A stretch of 64,000 nt of DNA from Prevotella sp. (GTDB lineage Bacteria; Bacteroidota; Bacteroidia; Bacteroidales; Bacteroidaceae), in contig JAFUST010000104.1 of the NCBI GenBank assembly GCA_017467535.1, positions 5,131 through 69,130 of the forward strand, in the 5' to 3' direction. Positions 7,638 through 17,638 of this stretch are shown here, one piece after another. Below the pieces are notes generated by a model. It worked only from the letters and a program-made list of their open reading frames with translations. It did not search any database and was not told where the DNA came from. How positions within the stretch are numbered: the first letter of the stretch is position 1; every line of letters begins with the position of its first letter. The position numbers and the translations under genes are program-made.

Positions 7638-10548
7638 GGAAGAAGAGAAGATATGCGTCTATGGTGCCCGCGTGCATAACCTGAAGAACATCGATGTGGT
7701 CATCCCCCGTCAGTCGCTCACGGTCATCACGGGCCTGAGCGGCAGCGGCAAGTCGAGCCTGGCCTTCGACACTATTTTTGCCGAGGGGCAACGTCGCTAC
7801 ATAGAGACCTTCTCGGCCTATGCCCGCAACTTTCTGGGTGGCATGGAGCGCCCCGATGTAGACAAGATTACTGGTCTTTCACCAGTCATCAGCATCGAGC
7901 AGAAGACCACCAACAAGAACCCTCGCTCCACCGTAGGCACCACCACCGAGGTCTACGACTACCTGCGACTGCTCTTTGCACGGGCCGGCAAGGCCTACAG
8001 TTACGCCACGGGCGAACCGATGGTGAAATACACCGAGGAGCGCGTGCTGGAGATGATAGAGCACGACTATGCCGGACAGCCCATCTACATCCTGGCGCCA
8101 CTGGTCAGGAGCCGCAAGGGCCACTACCGCGAACTCTTCGAGGCCATGCGCCGCAAGGGCTACCTGACGATGCGCATTGACGGCCAGTTGACGGAGATCA
8201 CACGCGGCATGAAGGTGGACCGCTATAAGAACCACAACATCGAGGTGGTCATCGACAAGGTGGCCTTGCCCCCTAAGTTAGGGGGCGACAGGGGTCTGAA
8301 CAAGGCTTCTTCAGACCCCCAACCCCCTCGCTCGGCTTCGCCGCTTGGCTCGTCCAAGAACTTAGGGGGCTCTGACCGTCTGAAGAAGTCGGTACAGATA
8401 GCCATGAAGGAGGGCGATGGCCTCATCATGATTCTCAACAAGGACAGCGGTGCCCTGAAGCACTTCTCCAAGAGACTGATGTGCCCCACCACCGGCATCT
8501 CCTACAGCGACCCTGCCCCCAACAACTTCTCTTTCAACTCGCCACAAGGTGCCTGTCCGCGATGCAAGGGCCTGGGCATCATCAACGAGATTGACCTGCA
8601 GAAGGTGATGCCCCAGCGCAAACTGAGCATCTACGATGGCGGAATCATTCCTTTAGGGAAACACAAGAACCAACTGATATTCTGGCAGATAGATGCCATA
8701 CTAAAGAAGTATGGTCTCGACATAAAGACCCCCATAGAGCAGATTCCCGACGAGGCGATGACCGAACTGCTGTACGGCTCACTGGAGAACGTACGTATCG
8801 ACAAGGACATCGTCCACACCTCCAGCGACTACTTCGTAGCCTTCGATGGCATCATTAAGTATCTACGCGATTCTGTTGACGGCGATGAGTCGTCGGCCGC
8901 CCAGAAGTGGAGCGACCAGTTCATGGCCGAATGCGAATGTCCTGAGTGCCACGGCCAGCGTCTGAACCGCGAGGCCCTGTCGTACAAGATATGGGACAAG
9001 AACATCGCCCAGTTGGCCTCTATGGACCTGGTCACCCTGCGCCAGTGGCTCGACGAGGTGGAACAGCACCTGGACAACCAGCAGAGTCAGATAGCGGCAG
9101 AGATACTGAAAGAGATACGCACCCGACTGGACTTCCTGCTTGAGGTAGGACTCGACTACCTGGCACTCAACCGTCCGTCAGCCTCGCTCTCCGGCGGCGA
9201 GAGCCAGCGCATCCGACTGGCCACCCAAATCGGTTCGCAACTGGTCAACGTGCTCTACATCCTCGACGAGCCGAGTATCGGCCTGCACCAGCGTGACAAC
9301 GAGCGACTCATCAAGTCGCTGAAGGAACTGCGCGACCTGGGCAACACGGTCATCGTCGTAGAGCACGACAAAGACATGATGCTGGCTGCCGACCACATCA
9401 TCGACATCGGTCCACGCGCCGGACGGAAGGGCGGTGAGGTGGTCTTCATGGGCACGCCGAAAGAGATGCTCGACACCCACACCCTGACGGCAGACTATCT
9501 GAATGGAGCCCAGGCCATCGAGATTCCCAAGGAACGGCGCGAGGGCAACGGCCACAGCATCGTCATACGTGGGGCTAAGGGCAATAATCTGAAGGGGGTA
9601 GACGCCACGTTCCCACTGGGCAAACTCATCGTGGTGACGGGCGTCAGCGGCAGCGGCAAGTCCACGCTGATCAACGAGACGCTGCAGCCCATCCTTTCGC
9701 AGCACTTCTACCGCTCGCTGAAGCGTCCTATGCCCTACGACTCGGTTGAAGGGCTCGAGTATATCGACAAGGTGGTCAACGTGGACCAGTCGCCCCTGGG
9801 CCGCACGCCACGTTCCAACCCTGCCACTTATACTGGCGTATTCTCCGACATCCGCTCGCTGTTCGTCAACCTGCCAGAAGCCAAGATCCGCGGCTACAAG
9901 CCTGGACGCTTCTCATTCAACGTGAAGGGCGGCCGTTGTGAGGCGTGTGGCGGCAATGGCTATAAGACCATCGAGATGAACTTCCTGCCGGACATTCAGG
10001 TGCCCTGCGAGGAGTGCCACGGGCGGCGCTACAACCGTGAGACGCTGGAGGTGCGCTACAAGGGCAAGTCGATCGCCGACGTGCTCGACATGACCATCAA
10101 CCAGGCCGTCGAGTTCTTCGAGAACATACCTGACATCCTCCGCAAGATCAAGACCATTCAGGACGTGGGCCTGGGCTACATCAAACTGGGACAGCCCTCC
10201 ACCACCCTATCAGGCGGCGAGAGCCAGCGCGTGAAACTGGCTGCCGAACTGTCGAAGCGCGACACGGGAAAGACGCTCTACATCCTGGACGAGCCAACCA
10301 CTGGCCTGCACTTCGAGGACATCCGCATCCTGATGCAGGTGCTGCAGAAACTGGTGGACCGAGGCAACACGGTGGTGGTCATCGAGCACAATCTGGACGT
10401 CATCAAACTGGCCGACCACATCATCGACATGGGTCCAGAGGGCGGTCAGCGTGGCGGCACCATCCTCAGCGAGGGCACACCCGAAGCCATCGCCAAGAGC
10501 AAGAAGGGCTATACGCCGCGTTTCCTCAAGGCGGAACTGAAACAATAA
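7630..10548 (+). CDS. uvrA: Excinuclease ABC subunit A, with a repeat-derived in-frame insertion
   Basis: GARVHNLKNI, two Walker A motifs (GLSGSGKS, GVSGSGKS), two LSGGE signatures, zinc-finger CxxC motifs. Confidence 0.98.
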   Translation: MSKEEEKICVYGARVHNLKNIDVVIPRQSLTVITGLSGSGKSSLAFDTIFAEGQRRYIETFSAYARNFLGGMERPDVDKITGLSPVISIEQKTTNKNPRSTVGTTTEVYDYLRLLFARAGKAYSYATGEPMVKYTEERVLEMIEHDYAGQPIYILAPLVRSRKGHYRELFEAMRRKGYLTMRIDGQLTEITRGMKVDRYKNHNIEVVIDKVALPPKLGGDRGLNKASSDPQPPRSASPLGSSKNLGGSDRLKKSVQIAMKEGDGLIMILNKDSGALKHFSKRLMCPTTGISYSDPAPNNFSFNSPQGACPRCKGLGIINEIDLQKVMPQRKLSIYDGGIIPLGKHKNQLIFWQIDAILKKYGLDIKTPIEQIPDEAMTELLYGSLENVRIDKDIVHTSSDYFVAFDGIIKYLRDSVDGDESSAAQKWSDQFMAECECPECHGQRLNREALSYKIWDKNIAQLASMDLVTLRQWLDEVEQHLDNQQSQIAAEILKEIRTRLDFLLEVGLDYLALNRPSASLSGGESQRIRLATQIGSQLVNVLYILDEPSIGLHQRDNERLIKSLKELRDLGNTVIVVEHDKDMMLAADHIIDIGPRAGRKGGEVVFMGTPKEMLDTHTLTADYLNGAQAIEIPKERREGNGHSIVIRGAKGNNLKGVDATFPLGKLIVVTGVSGSGKSTLINETLQPILSQHFYRSLKRPMPYDSVEGLEYIDKVVNVDQSPLGRTPRSNPATYTGVFSDIRSLFVNLPEAKIRGYKPGRFSFNVKGGRCEACGGNGYKTIEMNFLPDIQVPCEECHGRRYNRETLEVRYKGKSIADVLDMTINQAVEFFENIPDILRKIKTIQDVGLGYIKLGQPSTTLSGGESQRVKLAAELSKRDTGKTLYILDEPTTGLHFEDIRILMQVLQKLVDRGNTVVVIEHNLDVIKLADHIIDMGPEGGQRGGTILSEGTPEAIAKSKKGYTPRFLKAELKQ
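8268..8370 (+). repeat. Palindromic REP/MITE-like element in frame inside uvrA (copy 1)
   Basis: 12-bp terminal IR GCCCCCTAAGTT/AACTTAGGGGGC; internal IR GGGGTCTGAA/TTCAGACCCC; near-identical arms at 39354-39453. Confidence 0.92.
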
Positions 10549-10563
10549 CCACACACAAAGACT

Positions 10564-12333
10564 ATGTTGCGAACACTCTACAACCAAATAGGCCAATACA
10601 AGGGAGCCGCCCTGGCCACGCCGCTGCTGACCGCCCTCGAAGTGGTGATGGACGTCATGATACCCTACGTGACGGCCTCGCTCATCGACCTGGGCATCAA
10701 CGCCGGCGATATGCAGGCCATTTACAAATACGGCGCGCTGATGGTACTCATGGCCTGTCTGTCGCTCCTCTTCGGCATCCTGGCCGGACGGGTGTCGGCC
10801 TATGCCTCCACGGGCTTTGCCGCCAACCTGAGACTGGCCATGTATCGCAACATCCAGACCTTCTCGTTCCAGGACATCGACAAATACAGCACCTCTGGAC
10901 TAGTGACCCGCATGACCACCGACGTCAACAGCCTGCAGAATGCCTTCCAGCAGATTCTGCGCGTGACGGTACGCGCTCCCTTCCGCCTGCTACTCAGCAT
11001 CGTGATGTGCCTGGTCATCGACCCTCGGCTGTCGCTCATTTTCATCGTGGCCATGCTGGTGCTCTCCGTCTCCCTATACCTTATTATATCGCGCGTATCG
11101 CGACTGTTCCAACAGGTGTTTGAGCGCTACGACCAACTGAACCAGAGTGTACAGGAAAACGTCAGCGCCATCCGCGTGGTGAAGGCCTTTGTGCGTGAGG
11201 ACTATGAGAACCAGAAGTTCGCCCGCGCCGCCGAAGGGCTGTACAGGCTCTACTCGAAGGCAGAGAGCCTGATGGCACTGAACCATCCCGTGATGAACAT
11301 GGTCATCTACGGCTGCATCATCGCCCTCTCGTGGTGGGGTGCCCATTTCATCGTAGAGGGGTCGCTGACCACTGGTGAACTGACCTCGCTGTTCACCTAC
11401 GTGATGTCTATCCTGCAGGCACTGATGATGCTCTCGATGATCTTCGTCATGCTCACCCAGAGCGCGGCAGCAGCCAAGCGCGTGAGTGCCGTTATCGAGC
11501 AGGAAGCCAGCATCACCAACCCCGATCATCCCCTCACCCAGGTGGAAGATGGCAGCATAGAGTTCCGTGAGGTGCGTTTCGACTATCACACGGAGGAGCA
11601 GCAAGGCCACAAGCGTTCGGCACTCTACAATGCCTCATTCAGCATTCGCAGCGGAGAGACCATCGGCGTCATCGGCGGTACGGGCTCTGGCAAGTCGACG
11701 CTGGTTAATCTCATCAGCCGTCTCTACGACTCCACCAAGGGCGAGGTGCTGGTGGGAGGCCACAACGTGAAGGACTACGACCTGACGACGCTGCGCAACG
11801 CTGTGTCGGTGGTGCTCCAACAGAATATGCTCTTCAGCGGCACCATTCTCGACAACCTGCGCTGGGGAAAGACCGACGCCACCCTCGACGAATGCCGCAG
11901 GGCCTGTCGACTGGCTCAGGCCGATGAGTTCATCAGCGAGATGCCCCAAGGTTACGACACCCGCATCGAACAGGGTGGCACCAACGTGTCGGGCGGACAG
12001 AAGCAGCGCCTCTGCATAGCGCGTGCCCTGCTCAAACAGCCGCAGATACTGGTCCTTGACGATTCCACATCGGCCTGCGACACCCGCACCGACGCCCTCA
12101 TACAGAAAGCCTTCCGCGAGGAACTGCCCCAGATGACGAAACTCATCATCGCACAGCGCATTTCCAGCGTGAGAGACTGTGACCGCATCCTCGTGATGGA
12201 CAACGGCATGATAACCGGATTCGACTCCCACGACCGTCTGCTGGAGAGCAACCCGCTCTACCGTGAGATCTACGACATCCAGATACAGGACGCTGGCGAC
12301 TTCGACAAGCCAGAGAAAGGAGGTGAGCAATGA
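10564..12333 (+). CDS. ABC exporter, fused TMD-NBD, subunit 1 of a heterodimer
   Basis: TM domain, GGTGSGKS, NVSGGQKQR, degenerate Walker B LDDS. Confidence 0.93.
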   Translation: MLRTLYNQIGQYKGAALATPLLTALEVVMDVMIPYVTASLIDLGINAGDMQAIYKYGALMVLMACLSLLFGILAGRVSAYASTGFAANLRLAMYRNIQTFSFQDIDKYSTSGLVTRMTTDVNSLQNAFQQILRVTVRAPFRLLLSIVMCLVIDPRLSLIFIVAMLVLSVSLYLIISRVSRLFQQVFERYDQLNQSVQENVSAIRVVKAFVREDYENQKFARAAEGLYRLYSKAESLMALNHPVMNMVIYGCIIALSWWGAHFIVEGSLTTGELTSLFTYVMSILQALMMLSMIFVMLTQSAAAAKRVSAVIEQEASITNPDHPLTQVEDGSIEFREVRFDYHTEEQQGHKRSALYNASFSIRSGETIGVIGGTGSGKSTLVNLISRLYDSTKGEVLVGGHNVKDYDLTTLRNAVSVVLQQNMLFSGTILDNLRWGKTDATLDECRRACRLAQADEFISEMPQGYDTRIEQGGTNVSGGQKQRLCIARALLKQPQILVLDDSTSACDTRTDALIQKAFREELPQMTKLIIAQRISSVRDCDRILVMDNGMITGFDSHDRLLESNPLYREIYDIQIQDAGDFDKPEKGGEQ

Positions 12334-14207
12334 GACAACCTTCATTCAGCAGGGGGCCACAGGGCAATCCCGGACAGAACGCCGGTTTCCAGCGGGCATC
12401 GAAGCAACAGCGACAGGTGCTGCTTCGGCTCTTCGGCTTCGTGATGCGGCACTATAAGTTCAGCATCATCACCGTTCTGCTCTGCATCGTGGTCACCAGC
12501 ATCACGTCGCTCTTCTCCACCCTCTTCACCCGCACCCTCATCGATGACTACATCGTGCCCCTGACGCAGACCGCCAACCCTGAGTACGCCTCGTTGTTGC
12601 AGACGCTCTTCAAGTTGGGCCTCATCCTGCTGCTGGGCGTCATCGCATCCTACACCTACAACCGACTGATGATTCGCGTGTCGCAAGGCACCATGCTGCG
12701 CCTGCGCAAGCAGATCTTCGAGCGGATGGAGCAACTGCCCATATCCTACTTCGATCAGCATTCACATGGCGAACTGATGTCGGTCTATACCAATGATGTA
12801 GACTCGCTGCGACAGATGATCTCCACAGCGATGGCGCAGGTCTTTTCGTCGGTCATCACCATCGTGGCCACCTTCACGTCGATGATTGTATTGAGCGTGC
12901 CACTCACCGTCGTTAGCATCCTCATCGCCCTCACCATGATGGTTGTCACGACCAAATTGGGCAAGTGGTCGCGCGGCTATTTCCGCACCCAGCAGGAGTC
13001 GCTGGCCAGCGTCAACGGCTTCGTGGAAGAGATGATGACGGGCCAGAAGGTAGTCAAGGTGTTCAGCCACGAGCAGCAGGTCATCAGCCGCTTTGAGACC
13101 ATCAACGAGCAACTGCGTGCCTCAGCCTACAATGCCAACAAGATAGCCAACATCGTGATGCCCGTCAACGGCAACCTAGGCAATCTGGGCTACGTGCTCA
13201 TCGCCGTCGTCGGTGCGGCCCTCGCCCTAGGCGAATTCTCAATTGTCAACTATCAATTATCCATTTCGTTAGGAACGATCGTTGCCTTCCTTCAACTGAA
13301 CAAGAGTTTCACTCAGCCCATCAGTCACGTGTCCCAACAGATCAACTCCGTGCTGAACGCCTCGGTAGGTGCCGAGCGTGTCTTCGCCCTGGGCGATGCC
13401 GAGCCGGAAGTAGACGAAGGCCACGTGGAACTGAAGAATGGACGATGGGCTATGGCCGATGGCCAAACCAAAGACGTAATGGGCGATGTGGACTTCCGCG
13501 ATGTAGACTTCGGCTATACGGCAGAGAAACAGGTGCTCTTCGACATCGATATCAACACCAACCCTGGCCAGAAGATAGCCTTCGTGGGGGGAACGGGTGC
13601 TGGCAAGACCACCATCATCAACCTGATCAACCGCTTCTACGACATCCAGCAGGGACAGATTCTCTACGACGGCATCCCCATCACCGACATCCGCAAGCAA
13701 TCGCTCCGCCGCAGCATGACCATCGTGCTACAGGAGACTCACCTCTTTACTGGTACCGTTCTCGACAACATCCGCTACGGACTGCTCGAAGCCTCTGACG
13801 AAGACTGCATCCGTGCCGCGCAACTGGTAGGTGCCCATGACTTTATCCGTCGTCTGTCCAACGGCTATCAGACTATGCTTCAGGGCGACGGAGGCAATCT
13901 CTCCCAAGGCGAGCGCCAACTTCTGGCCATCGCCCGTGCTGCCGTGGCCAACCCGCCTGTGCTGATTCTAGATGAAGCCACGAGCAGTATCGACACACGC
14001 ACAGAACAACTGGTGCAACGGGGCATGGACACGCTGATGCAGGGACGCACCACCTTCGTCATCGCCCACCGCCTCTCCACCGTTCGCAATGCCGACCAGA
14101 TCATCGTGCTCGATCATGGGCGAATAGCCGAGCACGGCACTCACGAGGAACTGCTGGCCCTGCGCGGACAGTACTATCGACTCTATACAGGAAACGCTAT
14201 TGACTAA
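12330..14207 (+). CDS. ABC exporter, fused TMD-NBD, subunit 2 of a heterodimer
   Basis: GGTGAGKT, LSQGERQ, LDEATSSID, IAHRLST; ATGA overlap with the previous gene. Confidence 0.93.
   Translation: MRQPSFSRGPQGNPGQNAGFQRASKQQRQVLLRLFGFVMRHYKFSIITVLLCIVVTSITSLFSTLFTRTLIDDYIVPLTQTANPEYASLLQTLFKLGLILLLGVIASYTYNRLMIRVSQGTMLRLRKQIFERMEQLPISYFDQHSHGELMSVYTNDVDSLRQMISTAMAQVFSSVITIVATFTSMIVLSVPLTVVSILIALTMMVVTTKLGKWSRGYFRTQQESLASVNGFVEEMMTGQKVVKVFSHEQQVISRFETINEQLRASAYNANKIANIVMPVNGNLGNLGYVLIAVVGAALALGEFSIVNYQLSISLGTIVAFLQLNKSFTQPISHVSQQINSVLNASVGAERVFALGDAEPEVDEGHVELKNGRWAMADGQTKDVMGDVDFRDVDFGYTAEKQVLFDIDINTNPGQKIAFVGGTGAGKTTIINLINRFYDIQQGQILYDGIPITDIRKQSLRRSMTIVLQETHLFTGTVLDNIRYGLLEASDEDCIRAAQLVGAHDFIRRLSNGYQTMLQGDGGNLSQGERQLLAIARAAVANPPVLILDEATSSIDTRTEQLVQRGMDTLMQGRTTFVIAHRLSTVRNADQIIVLDHGRIAEHGTHEELLALRGQYYRLYTGNAID
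13236..13265 (+). repeat. Heptamer tandem repeat inside the ABC transporter CDS
   Basis: TTCTCAA TTGTCAA CTATCAA TTATCCA, an AT-rich patch encoding FSIVNYQLSI. Confidence 0.7.
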
Positions 14208-14225
14208 ATAAACAAATCTAACGCG

Positions 14226-15680
14226 ATGCATACTATTGACCTCATTATCTTTCTGGCCTTCACGGGAGGTATCGTCCTGATGGGAGCCTCGTTCTTCCGC
14301 AAAAAGACATCGGCCGACGAGTTCACGGCGGCCAGTCGCAGCCTGCCGGCCTGGGTGGTGGGCATGTCCATTTTCTCCACCTATGTCAGCAGCATCAGTT
14401 ATCTGGGCTATCCTGGCAGGGCCTACGCCTCCGACTGGAATGCGTTTGTCTTCAGCCTGTCCATACCCATCGCCTCCTACATTGCCGCCCGCTGGTTTGT
14501 GCCCTTCTATCGCAAGCAGAACAGCGTCTCGGCCTACGCCTTCCTGGAGGAGCGCTTCGGACGCTGGGCCCGCTGGTACGCCTCGGCCTGCTACCTGCTC
14601 ACTCAGATAGCCCGCATCGGCAGCATCATGTTCCTGCTGGCTCTGCCCATGAATGTGCTGCTGGGCTGGGATATCCATTGGATTATTGTCCTGACGAGCA
14701 TCGCCATCATCTTCTACTCGATGCTGGGAGGCGTGCGCGGCGTCATCTGGGCCGATGCCATACAGGGCTTCATCATGATAGGCGGCGCGCTGGCCTGTCT
14801 GGCCGTGCTGCTGTTCTCTATGCCCGAAGGGCCTTCGCAGGCCTTCACGATGGCTTGGGAGGACGGCAAGTTCTCGCTGGGCTCACTCGACATCACTTCG
14901 CTGGGCGAATCCACCTTCTGGGTGTGTCTCATCTATGGCATCTTCATCAATCTGCAGAACTACGGCATCGACCAGAACTACGTGCAGCGCTACCATGCGG
15001 CCAAGACCGACCGCGCCGCTCGCAACTCAGCCCTCTTTGGCGGCTGGCTCTCCATCCCCGTCTCTGCCGTTTTCTTCCTCATCGGAACAGCCCTTTATAC
15101 CTATTATAAGGCCTATCCCGGTCTGCTGCCTGAAGACATGACCAAGGGCGACTACGTATTCCCCTACTTCATCGTCCACCAGTTGCCAGTCGGCATCACG
15201 GGCCTGCTCATTGCCAGCATCTTTGCCGCAGGCATGAGCACCGTGTCCACCAGCATCACCTCGGCGGCTACTGTCATCCTGACCGACTACTGGAAACCGC
15301 TTGTCAAGCACAGCAGCGAAGAGGGCCATATCATCGTGCTGCGCCTGTCGAGCATCATCGTCGGCCTGCTGGGCATCGTCATCTCGTTGGCGTTGGTCAG
15401 CGTGGACGGCATTCTCGACGCCTGGTGGAAACTCTCCTCCATCTTCAGCGGCGGCATGCTGGGCCTGTTCCTTCTGGGCTTCATCTCCCGTCGGGTGCAG
15501 AATGTGGATGCTGTCATCGGCGTCATCTGTGGCTTCGTCGTCATTGCCTGGATCTCAGCAGCCGAGTTACTCGAACTGCCACCTTCCGGCATCCATGAGT
15601 ATCTGGCCATCGTATTTGGCACAATGACCATCTTCCTGGTGGGCTTTCTGCTGGCTAAATTCATCCATCGGAAGAAATAA
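14226..15680 (+). CDS. Sodium:solute symporter (SSS family; SiaT-like subgroup possible)
   Basis: SSISYLGYPG, YAFLEERFG, GVIWAD, DQNYVQRY and AAGMST motifs. Confidence 0.88.
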   Translation: MHTIDLIIFLAFTGGIVLMGASFFRKKTSADEFTAASRSLPAWVVGMSIFSTYVSSISYLGYPGRAYASDWNAFVFSLSIPIASYIAARWFVPFYRKQNSVSAYAFLEERFGRWARWYASACYLLTQIARIGSIMFLLALPMNVLLGWDIHWIIVLTSIAIIFYSMLGGVRGVIWADAIQGFIMIGGALACLAVLLFSMPEGPSQAFTMAWEDGKFSLGSLDITSLGESTFWVCLIYGIFINLQNYGIDQNYVQRYHAAKTDRAARNSALFGGWLSIPVSAVFFLIGTALYTYYKAYPGLLPEDMTKGDYVFPYFIVHQLPVGITGLLIASIFAAGMSTVSTSITSAATVILTDYWKPLVKHSSEEGHIIVLRLSSIIVGLLGIVISLALVSVDGILDAWWKLSSIFSGGMLGLFLLGFISRRVQNVDAVIGVICGFVVIAWISAAELLELPPSGIHEYLAIVFGTMTIFLVGFLLAKFIHRKK

Positions 15681-15691
15681 TTGGCAAATCC

Positions 15692-15723
15692 TTTGCCCAC
15701 ATCCAAAGATTTATGTATCTTTG
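15692..15723 (+). promoter_or_regulatory. Bacteroidota promoter for mutAB (TTTG-N20-TATCTTTG)
   Basis: TTTG 15692-15695 and TATCTTTG 15716-15723. Confidence 0.7.
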
Positions 15724-15776
15724 CAGGCTAGAATCAATAACAAACTTATATAATATTACAAATTCTAAATTTAACT

Positions 15777-17636
15777 ATGTCAAACAACAAAGAGAAACTC
15801 TTCACCGAGTTTACCGCGCCTACCACTCAGGAGTGGCTGGACAAGATTGAGGTAGACTTGAAGGGCGCCGACTTCCAGAAGCGCCTTGTGTGGAGAACAA
15901 ACGAAGGTTTTAACGTACAGCCTTTCTATCGCCGTGAAGACCTGGCCGAACTGAAGGCTGTCGATTCATTGCCTGGCGAGTTCCCGTTCGTTCGTGGCAA
16001 CAAGAAGGACAACAACCTGTGGTTCGTGCGTCAAGAAATCGTGGCCGACGATGCCAAGGCAGCCAACGCCAAAGCCCTCGACATCCTGAACAAGGGTATC
16101 GACTCCATCGGTTTCCGCATTGCCGGCAGCAATGTCAGTCCCGAGTTCGTCGCTACCCTGCTGGACGGCATCCTGCCCCAGTATGTGGAACTGAACTTCA
16201 AGACCTGCCAGCGCCATTGCGTAGAACTGGCAGAGATTCTGGTCGACTACTTCAAACAGAAGAACTACCCGCTGGCCGATCTGAAGGGTTCTATCAACTT
16301 CGACCCCATCAGCAAGGTGCTTGTTAAGGGTAAGGACGTCACGCCTGTGCTCCAGTTTGCCAAGCCCCTCATCGAGGCCCTCAAGGAACTGCCCTTCTAT
16401 CGCTGCATCAACGTCAACACCTCTGAACTGAACAATGCCGGTGCCTACATCTATCAGGAATTGGGCTATGCTCTCGCCTGGGGTGCCGAGTATCTGAACC
16501 TGTTGACCGAGGCTGGCGTCGAGGCTACCGAAGCCGCCAAGCGTATCAAGTTCAACATGGGCGTCTCTGAGAACTACTTCATGGAGATTGCCAAGTTCCG
16601 CGCAGCCCGCATGCTCTGGGCCCAGATTGTGAAGCAGTACGAGCCCAAGTGCGACTGCGCCTGCCAGATGCACGTCTGCGCCATCACGTCAGAGTATAAC
16701 CAGACGCTGTTCGACTCCTATGTCAACCTGCTGCGCTCTCAGACCGAGACCATGTCGGCAGCCATTGCCAACGTAGACTCGATCATCGTCACCCCGTTCG
16801 ACAAGCCCTACGAGCAGCCCACCGAGTTTGCTGAGCGTATTGCCCGCAACCAGCAGTTGCTGCTGAAGGAAGAGGCCCACTTCGACAAGTTGGTCGACGT
16901 GGCCGGTGGTTCCTACACCATCGAGCATCTGACCGATGCCATCGCCAAGGAAGGTTGGAAACTCTTCCTCGCCGTCGAGGAGGCTGGCGGCTTCCTAGCC
17001 GAGTCTCTGAAGGGCAACATCACCAATGCCGTCAACGAGTCGAACACCAAGCGTCATGCCGATGCCGCCAAGCGCAAGGAGTTCATCCTGGGCACCAACC
17101 AGTTCCCCAATTTCACCGAGACCAGCGACGGCAAGCAGCCCCTCAGTTCCGTCTGCTGCTGTAGCACAGCAACAAACGAACCGGCAGACCTGCCCCGCCT
17201 GAACAAGGAGCGCCTGGCCAGCGAATTCGAGACGCTGCGCCTCTCTACAGAGAAGGCCCCGAAGCAGCCCATCGCCTTCATGCTGACCATCGGCAACCTG
17301 GCCATGCGTCAAGCTCGCGCCCAGTTCTCTTGCAACTTCCTGGCTGCTGCCGGCTACAAGGTGATGGACAATCTCGGCTTCAAGACCGTCGAGGAAGGTG
17401 TCGACGCTGCCCTGCAGGCCAAGGCCGACATCGTGGTCATCTGCTCCAGCGACGACGAGTATGCTGAGTATGCCATCCCCGCTTTCCAGTACCTCAACGG
17501 CCGCGCCATGTTCGTTGTGGCAGGTGCTCCCGCCTGCTCAGAAGACCTGAAGGCCGCTGGCATCGAGAACTTTATCCACGTCAAGTCTAACCAACTCGGT
17601 ACGCTCAAGGAGTACAACGCTAAACTCGGAATCTAA
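15777..17636 (+). CDS. mutA: Methylmalonyl-CoA mutase small subunit
   Basis: DLKGADF...[33 protein letters not shown] motifs; lacks DxHxxG. Confidence 0.93.
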   Translation: MSNNKEKLFTEFTAPTTQEWLDKIEVDLKGADFQKRLVWRTNEGFNVQPFYRREDLAELKAVDSLPGEFPFVRGNKKDNNLWFVRQEIVADDAKAANAKALDILNKGIDSIGFRIAGSNVSPEFVATLLDGILPQYVELNFKTCQRHCVELAEILVDYFKQKNYPLADLKGSINFDPISKVLVKGKDVTPVLQFAKPLIEALKELPFYRCINVNTSELNNAGAYIYQELGYALAWGAEYLNLLTEAGVEATEAAKRIKFNMGVSENYFMEIAKFRAARMLWAQIVKQYEPKCDCACQMHVCAITSEYNQTLFDSYVNLLRSQTETMSAAIANVDSIIVTPFDKPYEQPTEFAERIARNQQLLLKEEAHFDKLVDVAGGSYTIEHLTDAIAKEGWKLFLAVEEAGGFLAESLKGNITNAVNESNTKRHADAAKRKEFILGTNQFPNFTETSDGKQPLSSVCCCSTATNEPADLPRLNKERLASEFETLRLSTEKAPKQPIAFMLTIGNLAMRQARAQFSCNFLAAAGYKVMDNLGFKTVEEGVDAALQAKADIVVICSSDDEYAEYAIPAFQYLNGRAMFVVAGAPACSEDLKAAGIENFIHVKSNQLGTLKEYNAKLGI

Positions 17637-17638
17637 TT

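Noticed and set aside
8268-8370. Intein or self-splicing intron in uvrA
   Set aside because: Far too short, with no intein terminal residues or intron core; better explained as a palindromic DNA repeat
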